Origin: Archaeoglobus fulgidus DSM 4304
Lineage (GTDB): Archaea; Halobacteriota; Archaeoglobi; Archaeoglobales; Archaeoglobaceae
Direction: 5' to 3'
Assembly (NCBI RefSeq): GCF_000008665.1
Contig: NC_000917.1
Coordinates: 1,260,001-1,292,000, forward strand
DNA length: 32,000 nt
Part shown: in pieces, positions 16,588 through 28,176 of the stretch
How positions within the stretch are numbered: the first letter of the stretch is position 1
Layout of the letters: each line of letters opens with the position of its first letter
Notes under the pieces: model-generated
Seen by the model: the letters and a program-made list of their open reading frames with translations, nothing else
What the model was told of the DNA's origin: nothing
Database searches by the model: none
Program-made: the position numbers and the translations under genes

Positions 16588-17702
16588 TGCAAATCCCTCA
16601 GCAATATCTGAGCATACTGCAGTGCCGGCTTAATGGCGTTCTTCCTCATCAGCACGTCCTCAAGCGCCGCCAGAGTTGAGACTGTCTCGAACTTCCCAAC
16701 GTTCCCCATCGTTCCGATTCTGAAAATCTTGCCCTTCAGCTCTCCCTGTCCACCGCTTACGAGGATGCCATACTCCTTCTTCAGCGTGCCTCTAAGCTCG
16801 GAGTCGCTGACACCTTCCGGCATTTTTATTGCAGTTACCGTGTTCGAGTAGCTCGAATATTTGTTCAGGTTGGGGAAGAGCTCTAAACCAGCTTCAACAG
16901 CCCACTTTCTCACAGCAGCACTCAGAATGCGGTGCCTCTGGATTCTGTTTTCCAGCCCTTCTTCATCAATAATCTTCAGCGCCTCGGCGAGGGCGAAGAA
17001 GAGCGGAACTGCTGGAGTGTAGGGGGTCTGCATGTCCTTCAGCTTCTTCCTGTAGGCAGCTAAGTCAAGATAGTAGGGGCAGCGCTCGTTGTAGTAATCC
17101 CACGCCTTCTCGCTCACAGCAACTGCAGCAAGCCCTGGAGGAGCGCCGAGGCACTTCTGGCTGCCCACGATGGCAACATCCACACCCCACTCATCCATTT
17201 TGACGTAATCCCCTCCAGCGGAGGTTATCGCATCCATTATAACAAGAGCGTCATACTCCTTCGCCAGCTTTGCAATCTCCTTTGCAGGGTTAAGGATGCC
17301 CGTGGAGGTTTCGTTGTGGACGAAGGCAACAGCCTCGCATCCATTATCCAGAGCCTCCTTAACAGCATCAAGCTCGAAGCTCTCCCCCCACGGCACCTTC
17401 ACCCTCTCAACCTGTGTGTAGCGCTCCGCTATGTCTCCAAGCCTCTCCCCAAACTTTCCGTTTTCGAGCGTGGCTATCTTCTTAACCCTGCTGAATGAGG
17501 CGATTGCAGCCTCCATTCCTGCTGTTCCTGAGCCTGAAATCAGGCAAATGTCCCCCTTCGTGCCGAAAATCTCCCTAAGCTTCTCAACGCAGAACTCCAT
17601 GATTGCGCTGAAGTCTGCCGTTCTGTGACCAATCATCTGCCTTGCCATGGCTCTGATAATTCTCTCATGCAGCTGAACCGGGCCGGGAATCATCAACAGC
17701 AT
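16584..17702 (-). CDS. Class V aminotransferase (serine-pyruvate / alanine-glyoxylate aminotransferase family)
   Basis: MIPGPVQLHERIIRAMARQMIGHRTADFSAI; PLP region FVHNETSTGILNPAKEI...LVIMDAITSAGGDYVKMDEWGVDVAIVGSQKCLGAPPGLAAVAVS. Confidence 0.9.
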   Translation of the reverse strand: MLLMIPGPVQLHERIIRAMARQMIGHRTADFSAIMEFCVEKLREIFGTKGDICLISGSGTAGMEAAIASFSRVKKIATLENGKFGERLGDIAERYTQVERVKVPWGESFELDAVKEALDNGCEAVAFVHNETSTGILNPAKEIAKLAKEYDALVIMDAITSAGGDYVKMDEWGVDVAIVGSQKCLGAPPGLAAVAVSEKAWDYYNERCPYYLDLAAYRKKLKDMQTPYTPAVPLFFALAEALKIIDEEGLENRIQRHRILSAAVRKWAVEAGLELFPNLNKYSSYSNTVTAIKMPEGVSDSELRGTLKKEYGILVSGGQGELKGKIFRIGTMGNVGKFETVSTLAALEDVLMRKNAIKPALQYAQILLRDLQ

Positions 17703-18136
17703 TATCTCCCTCCGTACTTCTCCAAAATCCTCTCAATTATTTTGTGCGAACTGCAAAGCGGGCAATCCTCCTTAACCCTAATCCTGACAACCTCACAGTT
17801 CAAATTCCTCTTCCGCAATTCCTCCTTAAGCCAATCCTCATCAAAATGCTGGTCGTGGCCCAGAACAATAACGTCGGGCTTCAGCTCCATTATAGGCCTG
17901 AACATGTCATCCTCATCGCCGAGAATTGCTTTGTCAACATACTTTATCGCCTCAACAACCCTCCTGCGCTGCTCTTCAGGCACAACAGGCTTTGGCTTAT
18001 GTCTGACATTCTTCTCCCTCGCCACAATCACGATGAGCTCATCTCCCAGCTTCTTCGCCTCTCTGAGGAAGGTTATGTGTCCCGGATGGATTATGTCGAA
18101 AGTCCCTGTAGCCACGACCCTTTTCTTCATCTCCAA
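17702..18136 (-). CDS. ribL: FAD synthase (archaeal RibL-type nucleotidyltransferase)
   Basis: 144 aa; RVVATGTFDIIHPGHITFLREAKKLGDELIVIVAREKNVRHKPKPVVPEEQRR...VLGHDQHF; cytidylyltransferase HPGH motif; C-terminal paired cysteines CPLCSSH. Confidence 0.88.
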   Translation of the reverse strand: MEMKKRVVATGTFDIIHPGHITFLREAKKLGDELIVIVAREKNVRHKPKPVVPEEQRRRVVEAIKYVDKAILGDEDDMFRPIMELKPDVIVLGHDQHFDEDWLKEELRKRNLNCEVVRIRVKEDCPLCSSHKIIERILEKYGGR

Positions 18137-18164
18137 TCCAAATTCAGGTAGGCATAAAAGTTTT

Positions 18165-18980
18165 TCAGATATTCTCCGCTATAAGCTCAGCAACGCTTAT
18201 CCTGCTGAAGGCACACTCAACAGTGTCGGTAGCGATGATGTCCTTAATTCCGGCATTGAAGAGCTTTATTGCAGCATTCTCAGCCAGAACTGCGTGAACG
18301 CATGCCGCACTGACGCTTTTAGCTCCAAGACCGTAAAGAATTCTCGCAGCCTCAGCAACTGTGCCGCCAGTGGAGATTATGTCGTCCACAATGACAACGT
18401 CTCTTCCCTCAACGTCGATTGTCTTGGGAGTGATTTCGACAGTTGTGGCGTCAATCCTGCGCTTCTCCATGTAGTCCCACTCACATCCTGCATGCTTTGC
18501 AGCAGTCTTTACTCTCTCCATCGAGCCTTTATCGGGGGAAATCATAACAACATCCTTCCCTGCAAAGTACTCACCAACCAAGGGCATTGCATCGAGGTTC
18601 TTCAGCTTGCTGAAGTGCGATGCCGCATCGCTGCTGTGGATGTTTACAGTAACAACTTCGTCAGCCCTGCTTTCCAGCATCTCAGCCACAATTTTAATGC
18701 TCACAGCTTCTCCTTCCTGAAACACCTTGTCCTGCCTTGCGTAGCCCATGTATGGAACCACAGCCTTGGCATTTTCCAGAACATCCAAGGCGAAGATTAG
18801 GGCAATGAGGTCTTCATTGGAGTTTATGCTTCCCACAACCACCCCTTCTTTCTCCATCACCCTCACGTAAAGCTCTCCATCGGGAAATTTTTTGAAAACC
18901 GCCCCTCCAATCTCAATTCCTGCGGCTTCAGCAACCCTCCTCGCCAGCAGCGGAGAAGACGGACACGGAATTATTTTCAT
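18165..18980 (-). CDS. prs: Ribose-phosphate pyrophosphokinase
   Basis: 271 aa; FPDGELYVRV, VVPYMGYARQDK, DVVMISPDKGSMERVK, VDGRDVVIVDDIISTGGTVAEAARIL (PRPP-binding motif). Confidence 0.94.
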   Translation of the reverse strand: MKIIPCPSSPLLARRVAEAAGIEIGGAVFKKFPDGELYVRVMEKEGVVVGSINSNEDLIALIFALDVLENAKAVVPYMGYARQDKVFQEGEAVSIKIVAEMLESRADEVVTVNIHSSDAASHFSKLKNLDAMPLVGEYFAGKDVVMISPDKGSMERVKTAAKHAGCEWDYMEKRRIDATTVEITPKTIDVEGRDVVIVDDIISTGGTVAEAARILYGLGAKSVSAACVHAVLAENAAIKLFNAGIKDIIATDTVECAFSRISVAELIAENI

Positions 18981-19004
18981 GAATCAAAAAAAGAGGAAGG
19001 GCTT

Positions 19005-19760
19005 TTAACTTTTAGCTTTCTCCACGAAGAACTTCAGAAGCTCCACAGGAATGGGCATCACGATGGTCGTGTTCTGCTCCGCAGAAATCTCGTTTAAAGT
19101 TTGCAGATACCTCAGCAAAATCGCCCCTTCACTCTGGGCAAGCACGTCAGCAGCTTCCCTCAGCTTCATTGCAGCCTGATACTCACCCTCAGCCCTTATA
19201 ATCTTCGACCTCCTTTCTCTCTCAGCTTCAGCCTGCATCGCCATTATCCTGCGCATCTCCTCTGGCAGTTCAACGTCCTTTATCTCCACAGCGGTCACTT
19301 TAATGCCCCACGGATTCGTCTCCTCGTCAATAATCTGCTGAAGCTTCACGTTGAGCTTATCCCTCTCCGAAAGCACCTCATCCAGCTCTGCCTGACCAAT
19401 TATGCTTCTGAGCGTGGTTTGGGCAAGCTGGGCGGTGGCGTACTGGTAGTCAAAAACCTCCGTCACGGCCTTTGCTGGATCAACGACTCTATAGTAAACC
19501 ACCGCATTAACCTTAACCGTCACGTTGTCCTTTGTAACAACCTCCTGCGATGGCACATCGTACGTTACAGTTCTGAGGTCAACGACAACCATGTTTTCGA
19601 GAATCGGGATTATAAAGAACAGTCCCGGCCCCCTCGCCCCCACAAGCCTTCCGAGCCTGAATATAACTCCCCTCTCGTACTCCTTGACTATTCTTACAGC
19701 GGAGAGGAGAAACAGAACCACCACTATAAGCAATCCTATCCAGTACCACTCCATACGCAA
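19005..19760 (-). CDS. Stomatin/prohibitin (SPFH) family membrane protein
   Basis: 251 aa; N-terminal [95 protein letters not shown]. Confidence 0.93.
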   Translation of the reverse strand: MRMEWYWIGLLIVVVLFLLSAVRIVKEYERGVIFRLGRLVGARGPGLFFIIPILENMVVVDLRTVTYDVPSQEVVTKDNVTVKVNAVVYYRVVDPAKAVTEVFDYQYATAQLAQTTLRSIIGQAELDEVLSERDKLNVKLQQIIDEETNPWGIKVTAVEIKDVELPEEMRRIMAMQAEAERERRSKIIRAEGEYQAAMKLREAADVLAQSEGAILLRYLQTLNEISAEQNTTIVMPIPVELLKFFVEKAKS

Positions 19761-19970
19761 ATAAATAACAAGAGGCTAATAAGGTTTTTCATGAGTTTGA
19801 TATTGAGATATTGCAGAAAACGAATCCACGAAGTCTTGAAGCGTTGCCAGCAGAATAACTTGACAAAACGAATAGCCCTGATGGAGTGTGAAATAGACTA
19901 TCCGGGAAGCTTTGAAGCTGAGTGACAGAGTATCGTGAGATTTTCCGAGCCCGCAGTTGAATTTGGACAG

Positions 19971-22613
19971 CTATTCTCCCTCGTATCCCAGCACCTCTCC
20001 AATCTTTTTCAGCATCTCTCCGAAGGTTTCCCAGTCCCCGTTCTTTGCGGCATCGACGAGCTTGCTGTAGTACTCCCTTAGAATCTCCAGCTTCTCCTCC
20101 ACAGTCTCAGACGGTTTTTCAGGTGTTGCTGGCTTTTCAGCTGGTTTTTCTCCCTTAAACAGATTCTCCAAAGCTTCGTAAAGGTTCGTTCCCGTTGCAA
20201 GCTCCTCATCCTGAACAACGATAACCAGCCTGAGTTCCGGGATTTTCGCAGACTCCCCTCTAAGATACACAGGCTCCACGTAAAGCACTGAATGGTTTAT
20301 GGGCACCACGAGCAGGTTGCCCCTTATCACCCTCGAACCTGCCTGGTTCCAGAGGGTGAAGAGCTTTGACAGCTCCGAATCCTGGTCAATTCTCGCCTCA
20401 ATCTGCATCGGTCCGTAAATCAGCTCTCCTTTCGGAAACTCGTATATAATCAGCTCTCCGTACTTCTCATCGCACCTTGCAGCCATCCACGCAATCATGT
20501 TGTCCCTGTTCACCGGCGTCATGGGGAGCATCAGTATGAACTCCGGCTTATCTTCGATGGCCAGAGTAACGTAGTAGGGTTCAACCTCTATGACATCATC
20601 CTCGTACTTCTCCTTGGCAACAGCCCAGACGTCTTCCCTGTTGTAGAAAGCCGTCACGTCCTTCATGTGGTAGGTGGAGTAAATGTGCGCCTGCACCTCG
20701 AAGTAGTCCCTCGGATACCTGATGTGCTTCCTGAACTCCTCCGGCATATCCTTCAAAAAGACTCCGGGCAAGGCTTTTTCGAGTGCTCTCACGTACGCAT
20801 CTTCCTGCACGACGTAGAATCTAACGCTTCCGTTGTAGGCGTTTACAAACACTTTGACGGGATTCTGCATGTAGTTGAACCCCCTGACCTCAGCAGAGTA
20901 AGGGAAGTTCTGAAGAACAGAGTAGGCGTCGATTATCCACCAGATTTCGCCGTCGATAACTGCGACATAAGGGTCGTCATCGTAAACGAAGAATGGCATT
21001 ATGGTTGAGACCCTTTCAACAATATCGCGGTGCATCATCAGCCTGCTTTCGTCGGTGATGTAGTTACTGAGAATCAGGTTTATGTCCCCAAATCTGAAGG
21101 AGAAAAGCACTTTCCTGAAGTAATCCAGCTTTATCCCCCCATCGCCAGCATATTTGGTGAAGAAGTTCACGTCCCCCTTGGGATAGTCAAACTCCTCCTG
21201 AAGCGTGTTCACCACCACGTAGTCGTCTGTAAGCTCGCCGTAGTAGATTTCCGGCCTCTCAATTTTGATTAAGCCCTCAGGCGGAATGTCGTAGATGTAG
21301 AACTCCGGCAAGCCCTCCTTTGAGACTTTGTTGACGGGCGATGCGACGATTCCGTAACCGTGGGTGTAAATCAGATGCTTGTTCAGCCACGTCTGGGCTC
21401 TTGACGGCAGGTTTTCTGTTGACAGTTCTCTTGCAGCAAGCAAAAGCTGAACGTAGCTGTCGTTAATCCTGTATCTGTCCACGTCAACGTCCTGAATGAC
21501 GTAGTACGTTCTGATCTGCTGCAGCTGCCTGAAAACGTCTCTGATAGGCCTGTGGTCCCAGATTCTGATGTTGTCTATCGTGTCCTTAGCCTCGAGGATG
21601 TCGTTGTAGTTAACCACATCCCAGTAATCGAATTTCTGCAGCTTGACATCATGCAGATTGTAGGCGAAGAGAGTGTAGTTTATGCTGTAGGCTATATATC
21701 TCCCCTCGTAGCTCAGCTCGGACGGCTCAACGACGAACTTCTGAACGAAGAAGGGGGCAACGAATGTCAGCAAAATGGCGATTACAAAAAGCACACCCAC
21801 TATCTGAAACACTCTTTCAACTCTTCTTCTCGCAACGATGTAGGCGGCAAAAATTCCGGAAAGCAGAACGATTGCAGAGAGAAACATAAGGGAGGGGGAC
21901 AGAATGTTTACGTCAACGTAGCTTGCCCCGCTAATCAAGCCGTGCTCCGAATGAACGATCTCGAACCTTGAGAGGTATATCAGAGCAGCGGACAAAAGGA
22001 ATGATGCAAAGAGAAGAGCGGAGAAGTGCATGAACCCGCTCCCCGGAAAGATTTCCTTAAACTCCTCCAGGCTTTTAACCCACCTGAAGGCGTACATGTA
22101 AGCAAAGGCGGCTATGGCCAAAGAAATCAGCAAAGCTGCAAGCAGAGACCCGATAACTATCTTCAGAAACGGAAGCTGGAAGGTGTAGAAGGCCGCATCT
22201 ATCCCGAAAATTGGATCGCTTACTCCAAAATTGGATGAGTTAAAGTAGAAAAGCATGCTGCTCCAGTAGTTCTTAACCGTGAGCGCTGCAAAGAATGCAA
22301 TTCCAAAATCGGCAAGGTGGGGGATTTTCAGCGGCTCGCCGTGGAACTCAAGTGTGACCTTTCTTACGGCAACATTTGTGAGGAACAGGGGAACAAAGAA
22401 AATAATGAACTCGAGGAAGAAGAAGCCAAGCGAGTGTTTCAGGTAGGTTAGGAAGACGTTTTCGTAGCCAACGGACTCAAACCACAGCATTTCGGTGTAA
22501 TAGTAGATCGAAAGCGAAATGACGATAACCAAACCAAATACGAAGGCGAGGAAGTAGAATACCTTCATTTCGGGCGGTTTGTATGGGGGAGGGTACACTG
22601 GCGGTTCCTGCAT
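19971..22613 (-). CDS. UPF0182 (COG1615) family large membrane protein
   Basis: 880 aa; multiple N-terminal TM segments, [14 protein letters not shown], large extracytoplasmic domain ([52 protein letters not shown]...[36 protein letters not shown]). Confidence 0.88.
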
Positions 22614-22662
22614 AATGCAATTCTGCTTTGAATGTTAAAAAGTTTGCTGTGCTACCAATACT

Positions 22663-23340
22663 CTACCCTTCGAGCAGAAGCTGAACCGCAGCTTCGGCGT
22701 GCAGTTTTGTGGTGTTGTAAAACTCCTCATCCCTGAGGATTAGCGGGAGTTCGGTGCATCCTAAAATTATTCCCTCAGCACCCCTCTCCTTAAGTTCATC
22801 TACAATTTTTCTAAGCCTTCTCTCCGACTCCTCCCTTATTATTCCGAGGCAGAGTTCGTCAAAGATGATGCTGTGAATCGCATTTCTGTCCTCCTCCTTT
22901 TCGGGGACAATTACTTCAATCCCGTGCTTTTTCATCCTTTCCTGATAAAATCCATCCTCCATCGTGAACTTCGTGCCAAGCAGCCCGGCTTTTTTGACAC
23001 CATCCCCCTTCAAAGCTTCAGCAGTCACATCGATTATGTTTATCAGCGGAATGCCGATTCTTTTCTCCACAGCATCAGCAACCTTGTGCATAGTGTTCGT
23101 GCAGATTAGAACTGCCTTAGCTCCGGCATTCTCAAGCTTCACCGCAATATCTCCAAGAATTTCTCCGAGCCTGTCCCACTCGCCTGCCTTCTGCAAACTG
23201 ACGATTTCCTCAAAGTTCACGGAGTAAAGGAGTACTTCGGCGGAGTTCCAGCCCCCGAGCTTTTCTTTGACCATTTCGTTCATGATTCGGTAGTATTCGA
23301 CCGTCGACTCCCAGCTCATTCCGCCGATTAATCCAATCAT
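22663..23340 (-). CDS. Aspartate/glutamate racemase family protein
   Basis: 225 aa; MIGLIGGMSWESTVEYYRIMNE, AVLICTNTMHKVADAVE, GAEGIILGCTELPLIL (two active-site Cys motifs). Confidence 0.92.
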   Translation of the reverse strand: MIGLIGGMSWESTVEYYRIMNEMVKEKLGGWNSAEVLLYSVNFEEIVSLQKAGEWDRLGEILGDIAVKLENAGAKAVLICTNTMHKVADAVEKRIGIPLINIIDVTAEALKGDGVKKAGLLGTKFTMEDGFYQERMKKHGIEVIVPEKEEDRNAIHSIIFDELCLGIIREESERRLRKIVDELKERGAEGIILGCTELPLILRDEEFYNTTKLHAEAAVQLLLEG

Positions 23341-23375
23341 AAATAGACTAATCGCCTAACAAGATAAAGCTTTGG

Positions 23376-24539
23376 CTACTGCGGAAAAATCTCGTCAAGC
23401 GACTTCTGCACGACCTTTTCTATACCAAAATAGTCTGCTGCCGCCTTTCCAACTTTATCAACGAATCTCCTGTCCGTGTAAACACCAAGTCTCCAGTTTT
23501 CTACCGCCGCATCCTTCAACGCCTTAACGAGGGGGGAAACCTCTTCAAGCGGCTTCAGCCCACTCTCAGTGTCCACCATAACTCCCGACTCCCTCATCTC
23601 CTCCACGGGAGGGATGTCGACGATGACGTACCTCTCATCTACTCCGGCCATTTCCGCAACCTCCCTCTCAGCCCTTCTCTCGCTTGTCCTCATCACCTCC
23701 CTGAAATCCAGAGACCTCCGGGAAACGTAAATGGCCCTCTTAAACAGCCTCCTGTTGTTCAGTCTGTCGTATGTCTCCCTTTCCTTTTCCTTCAGAAGCA
23801 TCATCGCGTCAACGTCATCCATTTCCAGAAGATTCTCGGCCTCAAAGCCGGCCTCGATTATTCTCTCCATCGCCCTCTCGTACATCTTCCTCGCTATTCT
23901 GCAAACGTGGTGGAAGTAAACCGTCGGATACATGAGAAACCTTGATATGAGAAGGCTTTCTGCAGCCTTAACACCCCCCTGCTCGATGACAACAGCGCCA
24001 TCGAACTTTATCTTGTCAATGAGGCGGTAGATGTCGAAGACCCCGTATGCAACACCCGTGTAGTGAGAATCCCTGACGAGGTAATCCATCCTGTCAGCAT
24101 CAATCTCTCCGTTGACAACGGATCTTCTCTTTCCAGTCACAATTGCCTCAATCTCCGAAATCCTGAATCCAAGGTTTTTCAGCACATCTTTCAACTCTCC
24201 CCTTACCACCTTCGAAATCGTCTCGTGGTTGTAGGATGCGTACTTTTCGAGGAGTCTCTCGCTCCCGTGAGAAAAGGGTGCATGGCCAACATCATGAAGC
24301 AGCGCTGCAGCAACAACGACATCATCAAAACCCATTCTCTCCTGAAGGATCCTTGTGACGTGCATCACGCCGAGACTGTGCTCAAATCTGGTGTGGTTGG
24401 CTCCGGGATAAACGAGGTTGGCAAAGCCGAGCTGGTTGATTCTCCTCAGACGCTGGAACTGAGGAGTGTCAACAATCTCAACCATCCAGTCCTCCAGCTT
24501 AATTACACCGTGAATAGTATCCTGAATGCTTTTTTCCAT
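23376..24539 (-). CDS. HD-domain phosphohydrolase (dGTPase/SAMHD1-like family)
   Basis: 387 aa; QFQRLRRINQLGFANLVYPGANHTRFEHSLGVMHV, VVVAAALLHDVGHAPFSHGSERLL, NGEIDADRMDYLVRDSHYTGVAYG. Confidence 0.9.
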   Translation of the reverse strand: MEKSIQDTIHGVIKLEDWMVEIVDTPQFQRLRRINQLGFANLVYPGANHTRFEHSLGVMHVTRILQERMGFDDVVVAAALLHDVGHAPFSHGSERLLEKYASYNHETISKVVRGELKDVLKNLGFRISEIEAIVTGKRRSVVNGEIDADRMDYLVRDSHYTGVAYGVFDIYRLIDKIKFDGAVVIEQGGVKAAESLLISRFLMYPTVYFHHVCRIARKMYERAMERIIEAGFEAENLLEMDDVDAMMLLKEKERETYDRLNNRRLFKRAIYVSRRSLDFREVMRTSERRAEREVAEMAGVDERYVIVDIPPVEEMRESGVMVDTESGLKPLEEVSPLVKALKDAAVENWRLGVYTDRRFVDKVGKAAADYFGIEKVVQKSLDEIFPQ

Positions 24540-24651
24540 TGATGTTGTTCTGGTTGGGCCGATAAAAATTTACCGCTAAAAGGCCTGTCTTGAAGTATTT
24601 AGCGCATCACCCAACCTAAAAAATTTTAACCTCAACTTCAAGCAAAATCCA

Positions 24652-26295
24652 ATGCCAGTTGTCACGCTTTACTGGGATGAACTCGAAAGGCTCGTTGGGG
24701 CTGACAGGGATACCATTCTTTCCCGCCTCCCCATGCTTGGATGCGATATCGAGAGAGTTGAGGATGACCACGTTGATGTTGAGTTCTTTCCCAACCGCCC
24801 TGATTTGTACAGCGTCGAGGGCGTTGCGAGGGCTTTGAGGGGCTTCCTCGGCATAGAGAAGGGGCTGAAAAGCTACTCTGCAGTCAAAGGAGAGTGGAAG
24901 ATTACAGTTGAGGAGAGCGTTCTTGCGGTGAGGCCGAGAATTGTTGGCTGTGTTGTTAAGGGCATCAGGATGACTGATGAGGTCATCAGAAGCCTCATGG
25001 AGGTTCAGGAGGACCTGCACTGGACAATAGGGAGGAACAGGAGAAAGATGGCCATCGGAGTTCATGATTTGAGCAAGGTTTACTTCCCCCTCCGCTACAA
25101 AGCTGTTGATGCGAACTTCTCCTTTGTTCCCCTTGACTTTGACAGAGAAATGACGGTTGCGGAGATTCTGGAGGAGCATCCCAAGGGAAAGGCATACGCT
25201 TTCATACTCGAAGGGAAGGACAGCTATCCCATGATTGTTGACTCTAAGGATGAAGTAATCTCCTTCCCTCCGATAATAAACGCTGAGAAGACCAGAGTGA
25301 CCGAAGAGACTACAGACCTATTTATCGACGTTACAGGCTTCGACGAGAACGTTGACAGGGCCATTGCCATACTTGCCTGCATGCTCGCAGACAGAGGTGG
25401 CAGAATTGAAAGTGTTGAGGTCGTTTATCCCGACCACGTTGAGCTTACGCCAAATCTTGACGTCAGATTCATGGAAGTTGACGTTGATGAGGTGAACTCC
25501 CTTCTCGGTCTGAGCTTATCTGCAGAAGAAATAAAAGAGTCCCTCGAAAAGATGCGTTTTTCGTGCGAAATTGAGGGGGAGAAGCTGAAGGTGGGAATCC
25601 CTCCCTACAGGGCGGACATAATGCACGAGTGGGATGTTATTGAGGATGTTGCCATAGGCTACGGATACGAGAACATAACCCCAGAAATCCCTCCAACGCT
25701 CACCTTCGGCAGAACTCATCCGTGGAACGACATCAGGAGCCTCGCAAAGGAAATAATGATTGGCCTTGGATTTACCGAGGTTATAACCTTCACCTTAACC
25801 AATGAGGCGGTGATGTACGAAAAGATGAGGAGGAAGGGCGAGCCGTGGAAGGACTACGTGCCTGTTATGCACCCACTCACGACTGAGCACACAATTCTGC
25901 GAACATCCCTACTGCCAAAGCTTCTTGAGCTTCTCTCCTACAACAAGCACCACGAAATGCCCCAGATGGTGTTTGAGGTGGGAGATGTTGTTGTAAACTC
26001 GAAGAACAGGCTGCATTTGGCAGCATGCATCACCCACTCAAGAGCGAACTTTTCCGAAATCAGGAGCTACGTTCAGGCGGTGATGAGGGAGCTTGATTTG
26101 ACATGGGAGGTAAGGGAGTCGGACGATGAAGCCTTCATCGACGGCAGGAGGGCCGAGATAGTTGTTGATGGTAAAGCTGTTGGAGTTTTCGGGGAGGTAC
26201 ATCCTGAGGTCCTTGAAGGCTTTGAGCTTACAATGCCCGTCTCAGCCTTCGAGATTGATTTGTCAGCTTTTTTTGATACAGGAGAGCTGCTATGA
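24652..26295 (+). CDS. pheT: Phenylalanyl-tRNA synthetase beta subunit (archaeal type)
   Basis: 547 aa; [20 protein letters not shown]...[26 protein letters not shown]...[26 protein letters not shown]...[25 protein letters not shown]. Confidence 0.94.
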
Positions 26296-27434
26296 AGTAT
26301 CTGCTGCTGATTCCGGACGGAATGGCCGACTGGGAGGTGGAGGAGCTTGACGGCAGAACCCCCCTTGAGGTTGCTGAGACTGAGAACATGGACTTCCTCG
26401 CCAAGGAGGGGGCTTGCGGGATAGCAAAAACCGTCCCGGACGGCTTTGAGCCGGGAAGCGATGTTGCCAACCTCACAATTCTGGGAGTTGATGTGAGAAA
26501 GCATTACACGGGAAGGGGGCCTATTGAGGCTCTGGCGAGAGGAGTGAAGGGGAAGCTTGTCTTTCGCTGTAACCTCGTGAAGGTTGAGGATGGAGTGATG
26601 GTGGACTACTCAGGCGGGAGAATAAGCGATGAGGAGGCGAGAAAAGTTATTGAGGAGCTTAACAGGGCAAAGCCCTACGACTTCGTGAAGTTCTACGCCG
26701 GCAAAAGCTACAGAAACCTGCTGGTTATAAACAAAGATTTCAGGGATGACGTAAAAACCTTTCCGCCGCACGACATAACCGGTAAGGAGATTGATAAGCA
26801 CCTGCCCTCCGGTGGAGAGCTTGCAGAGCTTCTTAAAGAGTTGATGGGCTGGTCGGCAGAGATTTTGCCAGAAATTACCGATAAGGCCAACATGATATGG
26901 CCGTGGGGTGGGGGGAGGATGCCATCCTTCCCGAACTTCGGGCAGAGATACGGGCTGAGGGGAGCGATGATTACGGAGGTTGACCTCCTTGAGGGCATAG
27001 CAAGGGGCATGGGCATGGAAGTCGTGCAGGTTGAGGGAATTACCGGCTACATCGACACCAACTACAGGGGGCTTGTGAGGGAGACTGCGAGAGCACTGGA
27101 GGAGCATGATTTCGTTGTACTGCACACAGAGGGTATTGATGAGGTCGGACACGAGGGCGATGCTGAGCTGAAGGTTAGGGCGATTGAGCTTTACGACAGC
27201 AAAATTGTTGGAAAGCTGCTGAACAAAGTTGATCTGGATGAGACAAGAATACTGCTCCTCCCAGACCATCCCACTCCAGTTAAGGTGAAAACGCACGTTG
27301 CTGAACCAGTCCCCTTTACTTTATACGGCAGGGGGAGAGATGAGGTTAAGGTTTACACGGAAAAAAGCTGCAGAAGGGGAAAATTCGGCCTTGTGGATGG
27401 TTTAAGGCTTATGGACTTACTTATAAAAAAATAG
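26292..27434 (+). CDS. apgM: 2,3-bisphosphoglycerate-independent phosphoglycerate mutase, archaeal ApgM type
   Basis: 380 aa; [65 protein letters not shown]; [13 protein letters not shown]; [11 protein letters not shown]. 4-nt overlap with pheT. Confidence 0.93.
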
Positions 27435-27435
27435 G

Positions 27436-28176
27436 TTACTCTTTGGCCAGATAGTTGTACAGCCATGCCGCAGCTACAGCACCAACAATCGGCCCGATGA
27501 CGTAAATCGGGAAGTACTGCCAGAGGTTTATCCCCATCAGCGAGTCTCCAAGGTATGGCCCGAAGGTTCTCGCGGGGTTGAGCGATGAGCCCGTAATGTT
27601 ACCGATGGTCGTGATGATTCCTCCAACCGTCAGACCTATGACAAGCCCGGCAAATCCCGGAGGGGCGCGCTCGTCAACCGCAACTCCCATTATAACCAGC
27701 ATCAGCAGGAAAGTTCCGATAGCTTCCGTCAGTATCGCCTGTCCGTAGCCTATTCCCGGAAATGGTGCAGTCGCTCCCAGGCCTCCAACCGTTGCTGCTG
27801 CAGGCCCCACACAGGCGAGGAACAGCAGGCTTCCAAGTGCTGCACCAATAAACTGTGCCACTATGTATGGAACCACCTCTCTCCCCGGAAACCTCCCGAT
27901 GCTCCACAGAGCTATCGTCACTGCCGGATTGATGTGAGCACCGCTGATTCTTCCGAGAGAGTAGATGACTGCTGCAATCGCCAGAGCGAAGGCCATTCCT
28001 ATGGCGAACCAGTCTCCAAGACCGCCGAGAGCTCCAATGCCGATGTTGAACTCGTTGGGCTTATCTGCCCCATTTGCAATCATCAGCGTAATTACTGCCG
28101 CACCAGGGCCAAAGAAGACAAGGATAAAGGTTCCAACAACCTCAGCGGTAAAGCGCTTGGCAAGAGTCATAGTCAC
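27436..28176 (-). CDS. aqpM: Aquaporin / MIP family channel (AqpM)
   Basis: 246 aa; SGAHINPAVTIALW and GSSLNPARTFGPYL (two NPA boxes), six TM segments. Resembles the crystallised A. fulgidus aquaporin AF1426. Confidence 0.95.
   Translation of the reverse strand: MTMTLAKRFTAEVVGTFILVFFGPGAAVITLMIANGADKPNEFNIGIGALGGLGDWFAIGMAFALAIAAVIYSLGRISGAHINPAVTIALWSIGRFPGREVVPYIVAQFIGAALGSLLFLACVGPAAATVGGLGATAPFPGIGYGQAILTEAIGTFLLMLVIMGVAVDERAPPGFAGLVIGLTVGGIITTIGNITGSSLNPARTFGPYLGDSLMGINLWQYFPIYVIGPIVGAVAAAWLYNYLAKE

Noticed and set aside
17625-18800. 391-aa + strand ORF
   Set aside because: Antisense shadow of ribL and prs, both confidently identified; Ser/Leu-rich with no recognisable domain.
19101-19925. 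274-aa + strand ORF
   Set aside because: Mostly antisense to the well-supported SPFH gene with a low-complexity, His/Leu/Arg-rich composition; only its last 44 codons fall in intergenic DNA and are discussed separately.
26610-27296. 228-aa minus-strand ORF within apgM
   Set aside because: Antisense shadow of the clearly identified apgM gene.
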